Source: an uncultured virus (IMG/VR IMGVR_UViG_3300034082_001676) (taxonomy: Duplodnaviria > Heunggongvirae > Uroviricota > Caudoviricetes). Taken from it: a DNA stretch of 20,000 nt. A model generated the notes under the pieces. That model did no database searches, was not told the DNA's origin, and was given only the letters and a program-made list of their open reading frames with translations. Shown in pieces: positions 1 through 6,793 of this stretch; position 1 is the stretch's first letter; each line of letters starts with the position of its first letter. The translations under genes were made by a program, and so were the position numbers. The stretch covers positions 52,578-72,577 of the IMG/VR virus record IMGVR_UViG_3300034082_001676; one strand, 5' to 3'.

Positions 1-162
1 ATTACACCTGTGGTATTGCCACAGATTACACCTGTGGCAGTTAGCAGGGTTCAACCACAGGATTTAAATCTGTTGCAGGTCGACAACGAAGAATATAAAA
101 AGCGTCGAGACGAAGCACTACAGAAGCCAGGTGCTGTTGTAGGTAATATTACACTGCGTTGA
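1..162 (+). CDS. Partial hypothetical protein (3' end only)
   Basis: Frame 1 is open from the window edge (ITPVVLPQITPVAVSRVQPQDLNLLQVDNEEYKKRRDEALQKPGAVVGNITLR) to TGA at 160-162. It contains a 13-bp direct repeat ATTACACCTGTGG (1-13, 25-37). Confidence 0.6.
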   Translation: MTPVVLPQITPVAVSRVQPQDLNLLQVDNEEYKKRRDEALQKPGAVVGNITLR

Positions 163-178
163 TTGTTAGGTATTAAAA

Positions 179-529
179 ATGCGTTATTACATCGTCAGTT
201 GGGATCAGCAGGGTGTAGAGTTTTTTGAAGAGATCACAGAACATCATCCTGACAATTGGGCCAAGGATCATTTGTTTGACACCATCAAACAAAACAAGCG
301 GGTAGAAAAGCCCATGAGCTTTAGTATTCAATCATTGAAACTTCGTGCCCAATTCAACAGTCATCGCCACTATGAAATCTACGTATTCACCAGCAATGAC
401 GACATTACAAAAACAGATATTCAAGATTGGTTCACTACAGATGCTCAGAGCTTTGCCAATTGGGTACGCAAGAATTACAGCTACAAGATCTGGGATGAAC
501 GAGCCACAGAGCAAGCAGTAATTGTATGA
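179..529 (+). CDS. Hypothetical protein, 116 aa
   Basis: ORF with AGGT upstream and an ATGA overlap with the next gene; no recognised motif. Confidence 0.8.
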   Translation: MRYYIVSWDQQGVEFFEEITEHHPDNWAKDHLFDTIKQNKRVEKPMSFSIQSLKLRAQFNSHRHYEIYVFTSNDDITKTDIQDWFTTDAQSFANWVRKNYSYKIWDERATEQAVIV

Positions 530-744
530 ACCTACGAATTGATAAACTAATTGATGATGCTAGGTTGACTGCTGTGGCGGAGATGTTTGAGGTTGAATTG
601 ACCAAGTTTGCCGAGTTGATTGTGGCAGAATGTATTCAGACTATTCAGATGGGTATCACTCGTGATGGCCACAATACTGAAAAGTATCAAAGGTCAATTA
701 AACACATTAAACAGATTAAAGAACATTTCGGAGTTGAAGAATGA
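526..744 (+). CDS. MNERI/KFAELIV/FGVEE paralogue 1, hypothetical, 72 aa
   Basis: MNLRIDKL...KFAELIVAEC...IKEHFGVEE; ATGA overlaps at both ends. Confidence 0.85.
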   Translation: MNLRIDKLIDDARLTAVAEMFEVELTKFAELIVAECIQTIQMGITRDGHNTEKYQRSIKHIKQIKEHFGVEE

Positions 745-977
745 ACGACAGAATTCGTGAACTATACCAACAAGCCCATAGCATACGACACCATGACGGT
801 GATCCTATGCGGGACGGTAATCCACCTACTGTTTATTGGCAAGGTGAAAAGAGTGCTAAAAAGTTCGCCCAGTTGATTGTTCAGGAATGTGCAAGTATGG
901 TAGATCTTCATGGTCGATGGATTTTGTATGATAAACTTGCTGTAAAAATTAAACGAGAGTTCGGAGTTGAAGAATGA
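741..977 (+). CDS. MNERI/KFAELIV/FGVEE paralogue 2, 78 aa
   Basis: MNDRIRELYQQA...KFAQLIVQEC...IKREFGVEE; GGAG RBS in the junction repeat. Confidence 0.85.
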   Translation: MNDRIRELYQQAHSIRHHDGDPMRDGNPPTVYWQGEKSAKKFAQLIVQECASMVDLHGRWILYDKLAVKIKREFGVEE

Positions 978-1171
978 ACAATGATGAAGATCCTCAGCGA
1001 GAAAAAATCTTTGAACTTCTCCAAGAGATTATATATTTAAAAGGACAGATAACTTATCTGCAGGAACAATTAAGCAGCGTAGAAGATGACCGGGATAATA
1101 GAATTGATCGGTATGAAAAACAAGTTGCTGACCTTGAACAACAATTGGGCAATGCCCTATTTCGGAGTTGA
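974..1171 (+). CDS. Hypothetical coiled-coil protein, 65 aa
   Basis: Starts at a junction repeat; heptad-like L/I/E/Q-rich sequence; ends inside the next repeat in a shifted frame (FRS*). Confidence 0.75.
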   Translation: MNNDEDPQREKIFELLQEIIYLKGQITYLQEQLSSVEDDRDNRIDRYEKQVADLEQQLGNALFRS

Positions 1172-1174
1172 AGA

Positions 1175-1468
1175 ATGATTGTTCCAGATTTAATCAAAGC
1201 CGTTGAATCAGGTTGGGAGAAATCCAGACTTGAAGGACTTAAAATTCAAGGAAAACATCGTATGAACGAACGAATTAAAGAACTTGCTAGACAGGCAGGA
1301 CTAATTGCACCCTATGGTAGTGATCGTGAAGAGTTGAGTGATTTTGATTACAGAGAATTCGCCGAGTTGATTGTGAAAGAATGCGCCGGAAAAGTTGATT
1401 GGATCCTTGCCGAAGGTGGTAAGACACAGGGTGATTTGATTCGGGAACATTTCGGAGTTGAAGAATGA
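1175..1468 (+). CDS. MNERI/KFAELIV/FGVEE paralogue 3 (family domain starts at ATG 1262; 29-aa in-frame extension from 1175)
   Basis: MNERIKELARQAG at 1262 with AAGGA upstream; EFAELIVKEC; IREHFGVEE. ATG 1175 lies in the junction repeat. Confidence 0.8.
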   Translation: MIVPDLIKAVESGWEKSRLEGLKIQGKHRMNERIKELARQAGLIAPYGSDREELSDFDYREFAELIVKECAGKVDWILAEGGKTQGDLIREHFGVEE

Positions 1469-1542
1469 GTTTTATTTTAGGATTCATTGCAGGTTACATA
1501 GTAGCAGCTATCATATATGCATACCGTTCAAATGAAGATTAA
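1465..1542 (+). CDS. Small hydrophobic peptide, 25 aa (not in ORF track)
   Basis: MSFILGFIAGYIVAAIIYAYRSNED*; starts at the ATG of the junction repeat with its GGAG RBS and fills the gap; single TM-like stretch. Confidence 0.65.
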   Translation: MSFILGFIAGYIVAAIIYAYRSNED

Positions 1543-1556
1543 AGGACAACGACAGA

Positions 1557-1790
1557 ATGAATGAACGAATTCGACAACTTGCTGAACAGGCTGGGCTAAC
1601 CACGGTTGCTGATGTCTACCTTATGAAGAAATATATGCCTAACGAAGTAAAGTTCGCCGAGTTGATTGTGCAGGAATGCGCTAATATTGCACGTAATGTG
1701 GGAAACATTTCTGAACCCGATGACTGGGCGCTGGATAGATGCTATGAGATTGAACAAAGAATTCAAGACCGTTTTGGAGTTGAAGAATGA
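1557..1790 (+). CDS. MNERI/KFAELIV/FGVEE paralogue 4, 77 aa
   Basis: MNERIRQLAEQAG...KFAELIVQEC...IQDRFGVEE; AAGGA upstream. Confidence 0.85.
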   Translation: MNERIRQLAEQAGLTTVADVYLMKKYMPNEVKFAELIVQECANIARNVGNISEPDDWALDRCYEIEQRIQDRFGVEE

Positions 1791-1978
1791 AAAAAGATTG
1801 GGACACCCAAGAACAATCAGATATGTTTGACAAGTTTCTTGACGACACATCGGATTCAAGGTCGCAAACTTGGAAAGGTTGGCACGGCCGCCGTGCGCAC
1901 GGTTACGATGAACTAGAATGGGAAGCATTTCAGTATGGATGGAATGCCGCAAAGGTATGTTTTGGAGTTAAAGAATGA
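1787..1978 (+). CDS. Hypothetical protein, 63 aa; unrelated body but FGVKE C-terminus
   Basis: Bounded by two junction repeats; Trp-rich; lacks the MNERI and KFAELIV blocks. Confidence 0.8.
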   Translation: MKKDWDTQEQSDMFDKFLDDTSDSRSQTWKGWHGRRAHGYDELEWEAFQYGWNAAKVCFGVKE

Positions 1979-2208
1979 ACATAGATCACGGTGCGATATT
2001 TCAACAATGTGTATACGATGCAGATAATCGGTTTGTTGATTTAACACTCAGACCGGTTGCTGTGAATTCCCGTACATTTATGCTTACTATGACAGACACA
2101 TCCAACGATGCAGAAATGGACATGATGATTGAACTTTATCTCACAGAAGAAAATTTGAAAAAAGTGATTTACCGTTTGATAAATGTATTAGAAGGTATTG
2201 GAAAATGA
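1975..2208 (+). CDS. Hypothetical protein, 77 aa
   Basis: Starts at a junction repeat; ATGA overlap with the next gene. Confidence 0.8.
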   Translation: MNIDHGAIFQQCVYDADNRFVDLTLRPVAVNSRTFMLTMTDTSNDAEMDMMIELYLTEENLKKVIYRLINVLEGIGK

Positions 2209-2444
2209 ACGAACGAATCATAGAACTGGCTGACCACGCAAAAGAATATGCCAATCAGTGTACAAAGGATCTTGACGGTGACATTTCTTGGCACTGGATG
2301 GACTATTACACTGAAAAGTTCGCCGAGTTGATTGTTGAGGAATGTCTCTACATTGTCGAAGGTGAAGATGATGGTAGTGCTGATACTAAAAGTGTTCGAT
2401 TGGCAATGATAAGAATGAAACAACATTTCGGAGTTATAGAATGA
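2205..2444 (+). CDS. MNERI/KFAELIV/FGVEE paralogue 5, 79 aa
   Basis: MNERIIELA...EKFAELIVEEC...MKQHFGVIE. Confidence 0.85.
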   Translation: MNERIIELADHAKEYANQCTKDLDGDISWHWMDYYTEKFAELIVEECLYIVEGEDDGSADTKSVRLAMIRMKQHFGVIE

Positions 2445-2686
2445 ATCAAGTCCCGCTCAAAGCACACGAAGAATGGGCCCAGCAGAGAGTAGAAATTGCC
2501 CGGCGTGACACCGATCAGGCCTTGCATTTGGTTGCAATGGCGCATTTGAATTTGATGCAACATCTCAAGTACGGATTTGACCCAAAGACTGCACACAGCA
2601 CCTTGATCAGCGTGGGACAAATATATCCTAAACTAAAAGCAAAGATGAATGACTTGACTCGAGAGTTAGAGAATAAAAACGGTTGA
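2441..2686 (+). CDS. Hypothetical protein, 81 aa
   Basis: Starts at the last full junction repeat; its stop overlaps the -35 box of the next promoter. Confidence 0.8.
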   Translation: MNQVPLKAHEEWAQQRVEIARRDTDQALHLVAMAHLNLMQHLKYGFDPKTAHSTLISVGQIYPKLKAKMNDLTRELENKNG

Positions 2687-2711
2687 CATTAAATGATATT
2701 GAGTGTATAAT
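2683..2711 (+). promoter_or_regulatory. Consensus sigma70-type (phage early) promoter
   Basis: TTGACA at 2683-2688, 17-nt spacer, TATAAT at 2706-2711; an AAAGGA RBS and ATG 2744 follow. Confidence 0.9.
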
Positions 2712-2718
2712 ATACACT
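2702..2718. promoter_or_regulatory. Operator-like inverted repeat over the -10 box
   Basis: AGTGTATA-A-TATACACT, perfect 8-bp arms with a 1-nt spacer. The function is inferred. Confidence 0.5.
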
Positions 2719-2743
2719 TAGACAGTTAATCAAAGGACTTGAT

Positions 2744-3769
2744 ATGAGGAAGTTAGCAACCATTAGGAAGATTGATGCACTGCGTCCTATCCCGGATGCT
2801 GATGCTATCGAATGTGCAGTCGTAGGTGGATGGACGGCTGTGGTTAAGAAGGGTGAATATGCCGCAGGTGATCTTGCTGTGTACTGCGAAATCGATTCTT
2901 GGATTCCTCACGCACTGGCACCATTTTTGAGCAAGGGCAAGGAGCCCAGAGTGTTTGATGGTATTCAAGGCGAACGTCTGCGTACAATGAAGCTTCGAGG
3001 ACAGTTGAGCCAGGGGCTGTTGTTGCCATTGTCTACATTGACTATGATAGATTCGGAACTATTTGAAGGACTCGATGTATCATTTCCACTAGGCATTGTG
3101 AAATACGAAGCCCCCATCCCAGCACAATTGGCAGGAGAAGTCAAGGGCATGTTCCCAGGTTGGATTCAAAAGACTGACCAAGAACGTGTTCAAAACTTGA
3201 AAGAAGAATTGGACTACTGGCTTAGAGAACAACACGTTTGGGAAGTTACTGAAAAGCTGGATGGCAGCTCAATGACTGTGTATCTGCGTGATGGAGAGTT
3301 TGGTGTGTGTTCACGTAATCTTGAACTCAAGCCCAGCGAAACCAACAGCCTGTGGAAGGTTGCAGTACGCAATGATTTGGAGTTGAAGCTTCGTCGTGCC
3401 GATCGTAATCTTGCACTGCAAGGTGAGTTGATTGGAGAAGGTATCCAAGGTAATCCATACAAGCAAAAAGGACAGGAATTTTTCTTGTTTGATATCTACG
3501 ACATCGATACCAGCAAGTACTTTACTCCTGCCGAACGCAAGGCATTTGTTCAAGAACACGACATCAAACACGTGCCTGTGCTGGCATTTGGGGCTGAACT
3601 GTCAGATACCCTAGGAGTCAACAGCATTGACGGAATTCTGCGTTTTGCAGAAGGTAAATCAGTTATGGGAATGATAGGTTGTGAACGTGAAGGCGTTGTG
3701 TTTAAAAGCAAGGCCATGCAATGTTCGTTCAAGGCGATCTCTAATAAATTTTTGTTAAAAAGTGAATAA
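2744..3769 (+). CDS. ATP-dependent RNA ligase, Rnl5/DRB0094-type, 341 aa
   Basis: N-terminal MRKLATIRKI...IPDADAIE...VYCEIDS (OB-like) domain; nucleotidyltransferase motifs TEKLDGSS, GELIGEGIQGN, LFDIYD, REGVVFK and SFKAISNKFLL. Confidence 0.92.
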   Translation: MRKLATIRKIDALRPIPDADAIECAVVGGWTAVVKKGEYAAGDLAVYCEIDSWIPHALAPFLSKGKEPRVFDGIQGERLRTMKLRGQLSQGLLLPLSTLTMIDSELFEGLDVSFPLGIVKYEAPIPAQLAGEVKGMFPGWIQKTDQERVQNLKEELDYWLREQHVWEVTEKLDGSSMTVYLRDGEFGVCSRNLELKPSETNSLWKVAVRNDLELKLRRADRNLALQGELIGEGIQGNPYKQKGQEFFLFDIYDIDTSKYFTPAERKAFVQEHDIKHVPVLAFGAELSDTLGVNSIDGILRFAEGKSVMGMIGCEREGVVFKSKAMQCSFKAISNKFLLKSE

Positions 3770-3775
3770 GATATT

Positions 3776-4018
3776 ATGAAAACGAGCGGAACACCCTCAA
3801 GCTCTAGCCCGGGCATAACGGGCTTTATCGAAATATTCGAAGGTCGACTGAATAAGATGAAGTTGCATCTTAAAGAAGAATTGAGCAAAGCCAAACACGA
3901 ACGAAATCGTAAGCTGATCAAAAGTCAGTTGGCTGAGGCCCGCAAACTTAACCGGACACTGAAAGACATGCGTAATGCCAATACCCGACTGTGTCCACAT
4001 TGCGGAGAGAAGCTATGA
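3776..4018 (+). CDS. Hypothetical basic coiled-coil protein with C-terminal CPHC, 80 aa
   Basis: K/R-rich helix ending in LCPHCGEKL (half zinc ribbon). Confidence 0.8.
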   Translation: MKTSGTPSSSSPGITGFIEIFEGRLNKMKLHLKEELSKAKHERNRKLIKSQLAEARKLNRTLKDMRNANTRLCPHCGEKL

Positions 4019-4134
4019 CAGAAGGAGAACGAGCAGGACGCTGGGCTATGCTGTATATCTATACGGTGTTGTTTGCTTTATGGTTTAATATTGTCGCCAT
4101 TGCGGTCTGGCATATCAAGGAGTGGTTTTTATGA
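4015..4134 (+). CDS. Small membrane protein, 39 aa (not in ORF track)
   Basis: MTEGERAGRWAMLYIYTVLFALWFNIVAIAVWHIKEWFL*; GGAG RBS; ATGA overlaps at both ends. Confidence 0.75.
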   Translation: MTEGERAGRWAMLYIYTVLFALWFNIVAIAVWHIKEWFL

Positions 4135-4463
4135 ACGAAAGAATTAGAGAACTTGCTAAACAGGCTGGTGATTATGTAAATGAAGTATATACACCGCCTG
4201 TAAGATCCAAGACTCCGGGTAAGATTTGGGAAGATGGTCACATTGATTGGCATACACAGTTTAACGAAAAATTCGCCCGGTTGATTGTGACAGAATGTTG
4301 TCAAGCATTAAATCCCATGTTGCGTGACATGATTAGTCGCGGACAGGGAGTAGACATGGTTAAACAACATTTTGAAATGAATCTCAACGAAATCACAACG
4401 GCCATGCTGGACCGTACGATTAACCAATGTGAACAACAATTAGCGGAGAAGAAGAATGACTGA
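4131..4463 (+). CDS. MNERI/KFAELIV paralogue 6 with fused C-terminal extension, 110 aa
   Basis: Start placed at ATG 4131 (AAGGAG at 4117-4122). MNERIRELAKQAG...KFARLIVTEC...VKQHFE, then reads on into MNLNEITT. Confidence 0.85.
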   Translation: MNERIRELAKQAGDYVNEVYTPPVRSKTPGKIWEDGHIDWHTQFNEKFARLIVTECCQALNPMLRDMISRGQGVDMVKQHFEMNLNEITTAMLDRTINQCEQQLAEKKND

Positions 4464-4653
4464 TAGATTTGATTTAGAACAACAAATTATGGACTGCTGG
4501 AAGATCACTGATGACATTCCCATGATGGAAGCTCAAGGTGCCAATACCGCAGACATGACCTCATTGGCCTGTGTTTATGAATACAAGTTCAAACAACTGT
4601 GGGCTACCTTTGAAACTATGATTGCCGAACGGCAGTTCAAGGACACACAATGA
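4456..4653 (+). CDS. Hypothetical protein, 65 aa
   Basis: GGAG RBS; MTDRFDLEQQIMDCW...; overlaps both neighbours. Confidence 0.8.
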   Translation: MTDRFDLEQQIMDCWKITDDIPMMEAQGANTADMTSLACVYEYKFKQLWATFETMIAERQFKDTQ

Positions 4654-4826
4654 CACTTAGCGAAATATATATCAGCGTATGGTTTATGTCGTTGATATTT
4701 TTTACTATAACAACAGGTCTATCTATGTATGAGACCGAGGGAGTATTGGCAACAACTATATTCACTTCTATGATGAGTGTGGTATTTGTTATTTCTTTGT
4801 TTGCAACTGTGTTTTTAATTACCTAA
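4650..4826 (+). CDS. Small two-helix membrane protein, 58 aa (not in ORF track)
   Basis: MTLSEIYISVWFMSLIFFTITTGLSMYETEGVLATTIFTSMMSVVFVISLFATVFLIT*; AAGGA RBS and ATGA overlap; fills the gap. Confidence 0.7.
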   Translation: MTLSEIYISVWFMSLIFFTITTGLSMYETEGVLATTIFTSMMSVVFVISLFATVFLIT

Positions 4827-4836
4827 AGGATATAAA

Positions 4837-5352
4837 ATGATTAATATGAAAGAATGGATGGAATTGGTTGGTTATCGAATTACAGAGGGTAGTGCATACG
4901 GCTGGCAATGCTATGGTTCTGATGCATATGCATTAGATTCGTGGAATGGTGATCACGACGGGCATAGTTTCACAGTCATCTTTGATACCAAAGACCAAAC
5001 AGTTTACGAAGTGCAGGTACACGACTATGTGCATAATCGTGCATACCGTATGATCAATCCAGACTTCCAAAAGAAAAATAAAAAAGAAGCTCGTCGTCGA
5101 GACGTCAACAAAGACGAAGCCTGGGACGATGTCAATTATATTGATCTAGAAGTAGATGACGACTTTATCCAAAAGTGTTTGGCTATTCAAGCAGGTGAAG
5201 ATTATGATACAAAAGTGTCAGTTCCGTTGGAACTAGAAGATGATAAAATGTTTGAACTTATGCGTATGGCACACGAACAGGACATTACTCTAAACCAGCT
5301 GGTAGAAAATATACTGCGTAATATGATTGCCGAAAAAGAAATTACTGTTTAG
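4837..5352 (+). CDS. Hypothetical protein, 171 aa, possible C-terminal ribbon-helix-helix-like segment
   Basis: AAGGA RBS. C-terminus VSVPLELEDDKMFELMRMAHEQDITLNQLVENILR has a strand-helix-helix pattern (inference). Confidence 0.8.
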   Translation: MINMKEWMELVGYRITEGSAYGWQCYGSDAYALDSWNGDHDGHSFTVIFDTKDQTVYEVQVHDYVHNRAYRMINPDFQKKNKKEARRRDVNKDEAWDDVNYIDLEVDDDFIQKCLAIQAGEDYDTKVSVPLELEDDKMFELMRMAHEQDITLNQLVENILRNMIAEKEITV

Positions 5353-6229
5353 TAGCTTGGATGTCAAAGCCGTTGCGACAGGCATCGGCTTTGCAAATTA
5401 TAGAGTTTTGAACCCCTGTAAATTCTATTCCTAGTTTTCCAACAAGGCCACCTTGACCACAGTGGCCTCGTTTTATACGGCCCCAGGCATCAACGATTAG
5501 TTGTTCAACGCCGGCCATACACTGTTGTCCGGGAAACGTATTCTTTTTCTCAAGCATAAGAGTTTGAAAGTCTGAAAATTCTTCTTCTCCTGTGTCATTA
5601 ACGTAAATCAAATCTCCGTGTTGGCGTTTTAATTTTACAGCGTGTTCAAGTTTGTATTCCATCGGCTGTTTGTTAATAGCGGGATCTTCAAACAGCATCT
5701 TTCTATGAACGAGTTGATCGGGCCACATTTTTTTTATTTTAGTAATAGTATCTTCTAATTCTTGCCATCGGTCCGGCAACATACTCACTGTTATACTTAC
5801 GTTTACATTTTTCTTTTTAGCAGCATATAAGCATAGCATAAAATGACTGATCGGAGTGTGTTCTGAATGTACTTCTAGATTTATACTGTCAACTGTATCT
5901 AACAGGGTTTTCCATTCTGCAATAGGCATACTGGCATTGGTTCGTATGCATACGTTACTGTTTTTTGTCTTGATGTGTTTTATCAAATCCACAAGCCAGG
6001 GCCACTGAGTAACTTCCCCTCCTGTAAAATAATAATTACAGGTTTTGCCTAGGGTTTTGGCAAAGTCACTAACTTGATCAACAAATTTCAAACAGTGTTC
6101 GATGTTTGGCAAGTCAATACTGCCACTTTTTATAATATCAGGACAATAACTGCAATTGTAATTGCAGTGATTCATCAACCACCAGTCGATATAGAAATAT
6201 CGATTGTCTCTAATACTGCGAAGTTGCAT
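5342..6229 (-). CDS. Radical SAM protein with C-terminal Cys region, 295 aa
   Basis: CNYNCSYC, FTGGEV, IRTNAS; C-terminal CMAG...RGHC...ICKADAC..FDI. Confidence 0.92.
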   Translation of the reverse strand: MQLRSIRDNRYFYIDWWLMNHCNYNCSYCPDIIKSGSIDLPNIEHCLKFVDQVSDFAKTLGKTCNYYFTGGEVTQWPWLVDLIKHIKTKNSNVCIRTNASMPIAEWKTLLDTVDSINLEVHSEHTPISHFMLCLYAAKKKNVNVSITVSMLPDRWQELEDTITKIKKMWPDQLVHRKMLFEDPAINKQPMEYKLEHAVKLKRQHGDLIYVNDTGEEEFSDFQTLMLEKKNTFPGQQCMAGVEQLIVDAWGRIKRGHCGQGGLVGKLGIEFTGVQNSIICKADACRNGFDIQATKQ

Positions 6230-6787
6230 CTAGGCCATCCAACTGTCAGTGGCCTGTTCTCCGCATAACTGCGTGGATTCTATCCACATCTCTTTGGTAT
6301 TCGTTTCTAAAAGCCAAACTGGATCAGGTGTTTTTAAAGTCAGCCAGCTTTGTTGTCTGCTCCACGGCGGATCGCCTAGTAGCTCGCCTTCAAGTTGTCC
6401 TGGGCCCCAGCTGCTTTGTCCAAAAAATATTCTAAAACGCTCTGGATAATCGTTGTCGGCTAGATGATGAAACATACCAACATTGCTGGTCATTGACCAA
6501 TCGGCATTGATCCTATGTGTTGAATCCATCTTCCAATCACTGTGATGTAACATCCATACTGTGTTGAGTCCCACTGGACCACCCCAATAGAGATTGAAAT
6601 CTTGAGCCAGCTCTATGTTTATTTCTTTGAGGACGCTGTTTATTGAATGGCTTGTTGGGCGATTTACACAGAGTGCCAGAGAACCTCGATTTGTACTATG
6701 AGTGACCAGTAACACTGTTTTGTCAAATCTTGAATCGCTCATGTTAGGAGGAGATATTAATAAATCTCCTTTTTCGATTCTATGCAT
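6230..6787 (-). CDS. yqgE: YqgE/AlgH family (DUF179) protein, 185 aa
   Basis: GDLLISPPNMSDSRFDKTVLL, LCVNRP, YWGGPV, FRIFFGQSSWGPGQLEGEL...SWL match the DUF179 blocks. Confidence 0.88.
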   Translation of the reverse strand: MHRIEKGDLLISPPNMSDSRFDKTVLLVTHSTNRGSLALCVNRPTSHSINSVLKEINIELAQDFNLYWGGPVGLNTVWMLHHSDWKMDSTHRINADWSMTSNVGMFHHLADNDYPERFRIFFGQSSWGPGQLEGELLGDPPWSRQQSWLTLKTPDPVWLLETNTKEMWIESTQLCGEQATDSWMA

Positions 6788-6793
6788 TCTAGA

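Larger units (their letters stand above)
727..2444 (+). repeat. Dispersed 18-bp junction repeat TTYGGAGTTGAAGAATGA, 7 copies (RBS GGAG plus overlapping ATG/TGA)
   Basis: Copies at 727-744, 960-977, 1161-1178, 1451-1468, 1773-1790, 1961-1978 (TTTGGAGTTAAAGAATGA) and 2427-2444 (TTCGGAGTTATAGAATGA). Each ATG starts the next ORF. A degenerate copy lies at 4444-4459. Confidence 0.95.
604..4298 (+). repeat. Dispersed 30-bp internal repeat encoding (K/E)FA(E/Q/R)LIVxEC, 6 copies
   Basis: Copies at 604-633, 861-890, 1355-1384, 1650-1679, 2316-2345 and 4269-4298; core TTYGCCSRGTTGATTGT is conserved even at synonymous positions. Confidence 0.9.

Noticed and set aside
2191..2208. Additional junction-repeat copy (GGTATTGGAAAATGA)
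   Set aside because: Only 11/15 match; explicable as an ordinary RBS plus ATGA overlap.
727..2444. CRISPR array or integron attC sites
   Set aside because: The repeat is only 18 bp, spacing is irregular (188-466 bp) and the intervening DNA is coding. It is not palindromic, and there is no cas or integrase gene in the window.
332..4304. Minus-strand ORFs in the left half (e.g. 1596-1952, 3550-3921)
   Set aside because: They are antisense shadows of RBS-bearing, coupled + strand genes and have no motifs.
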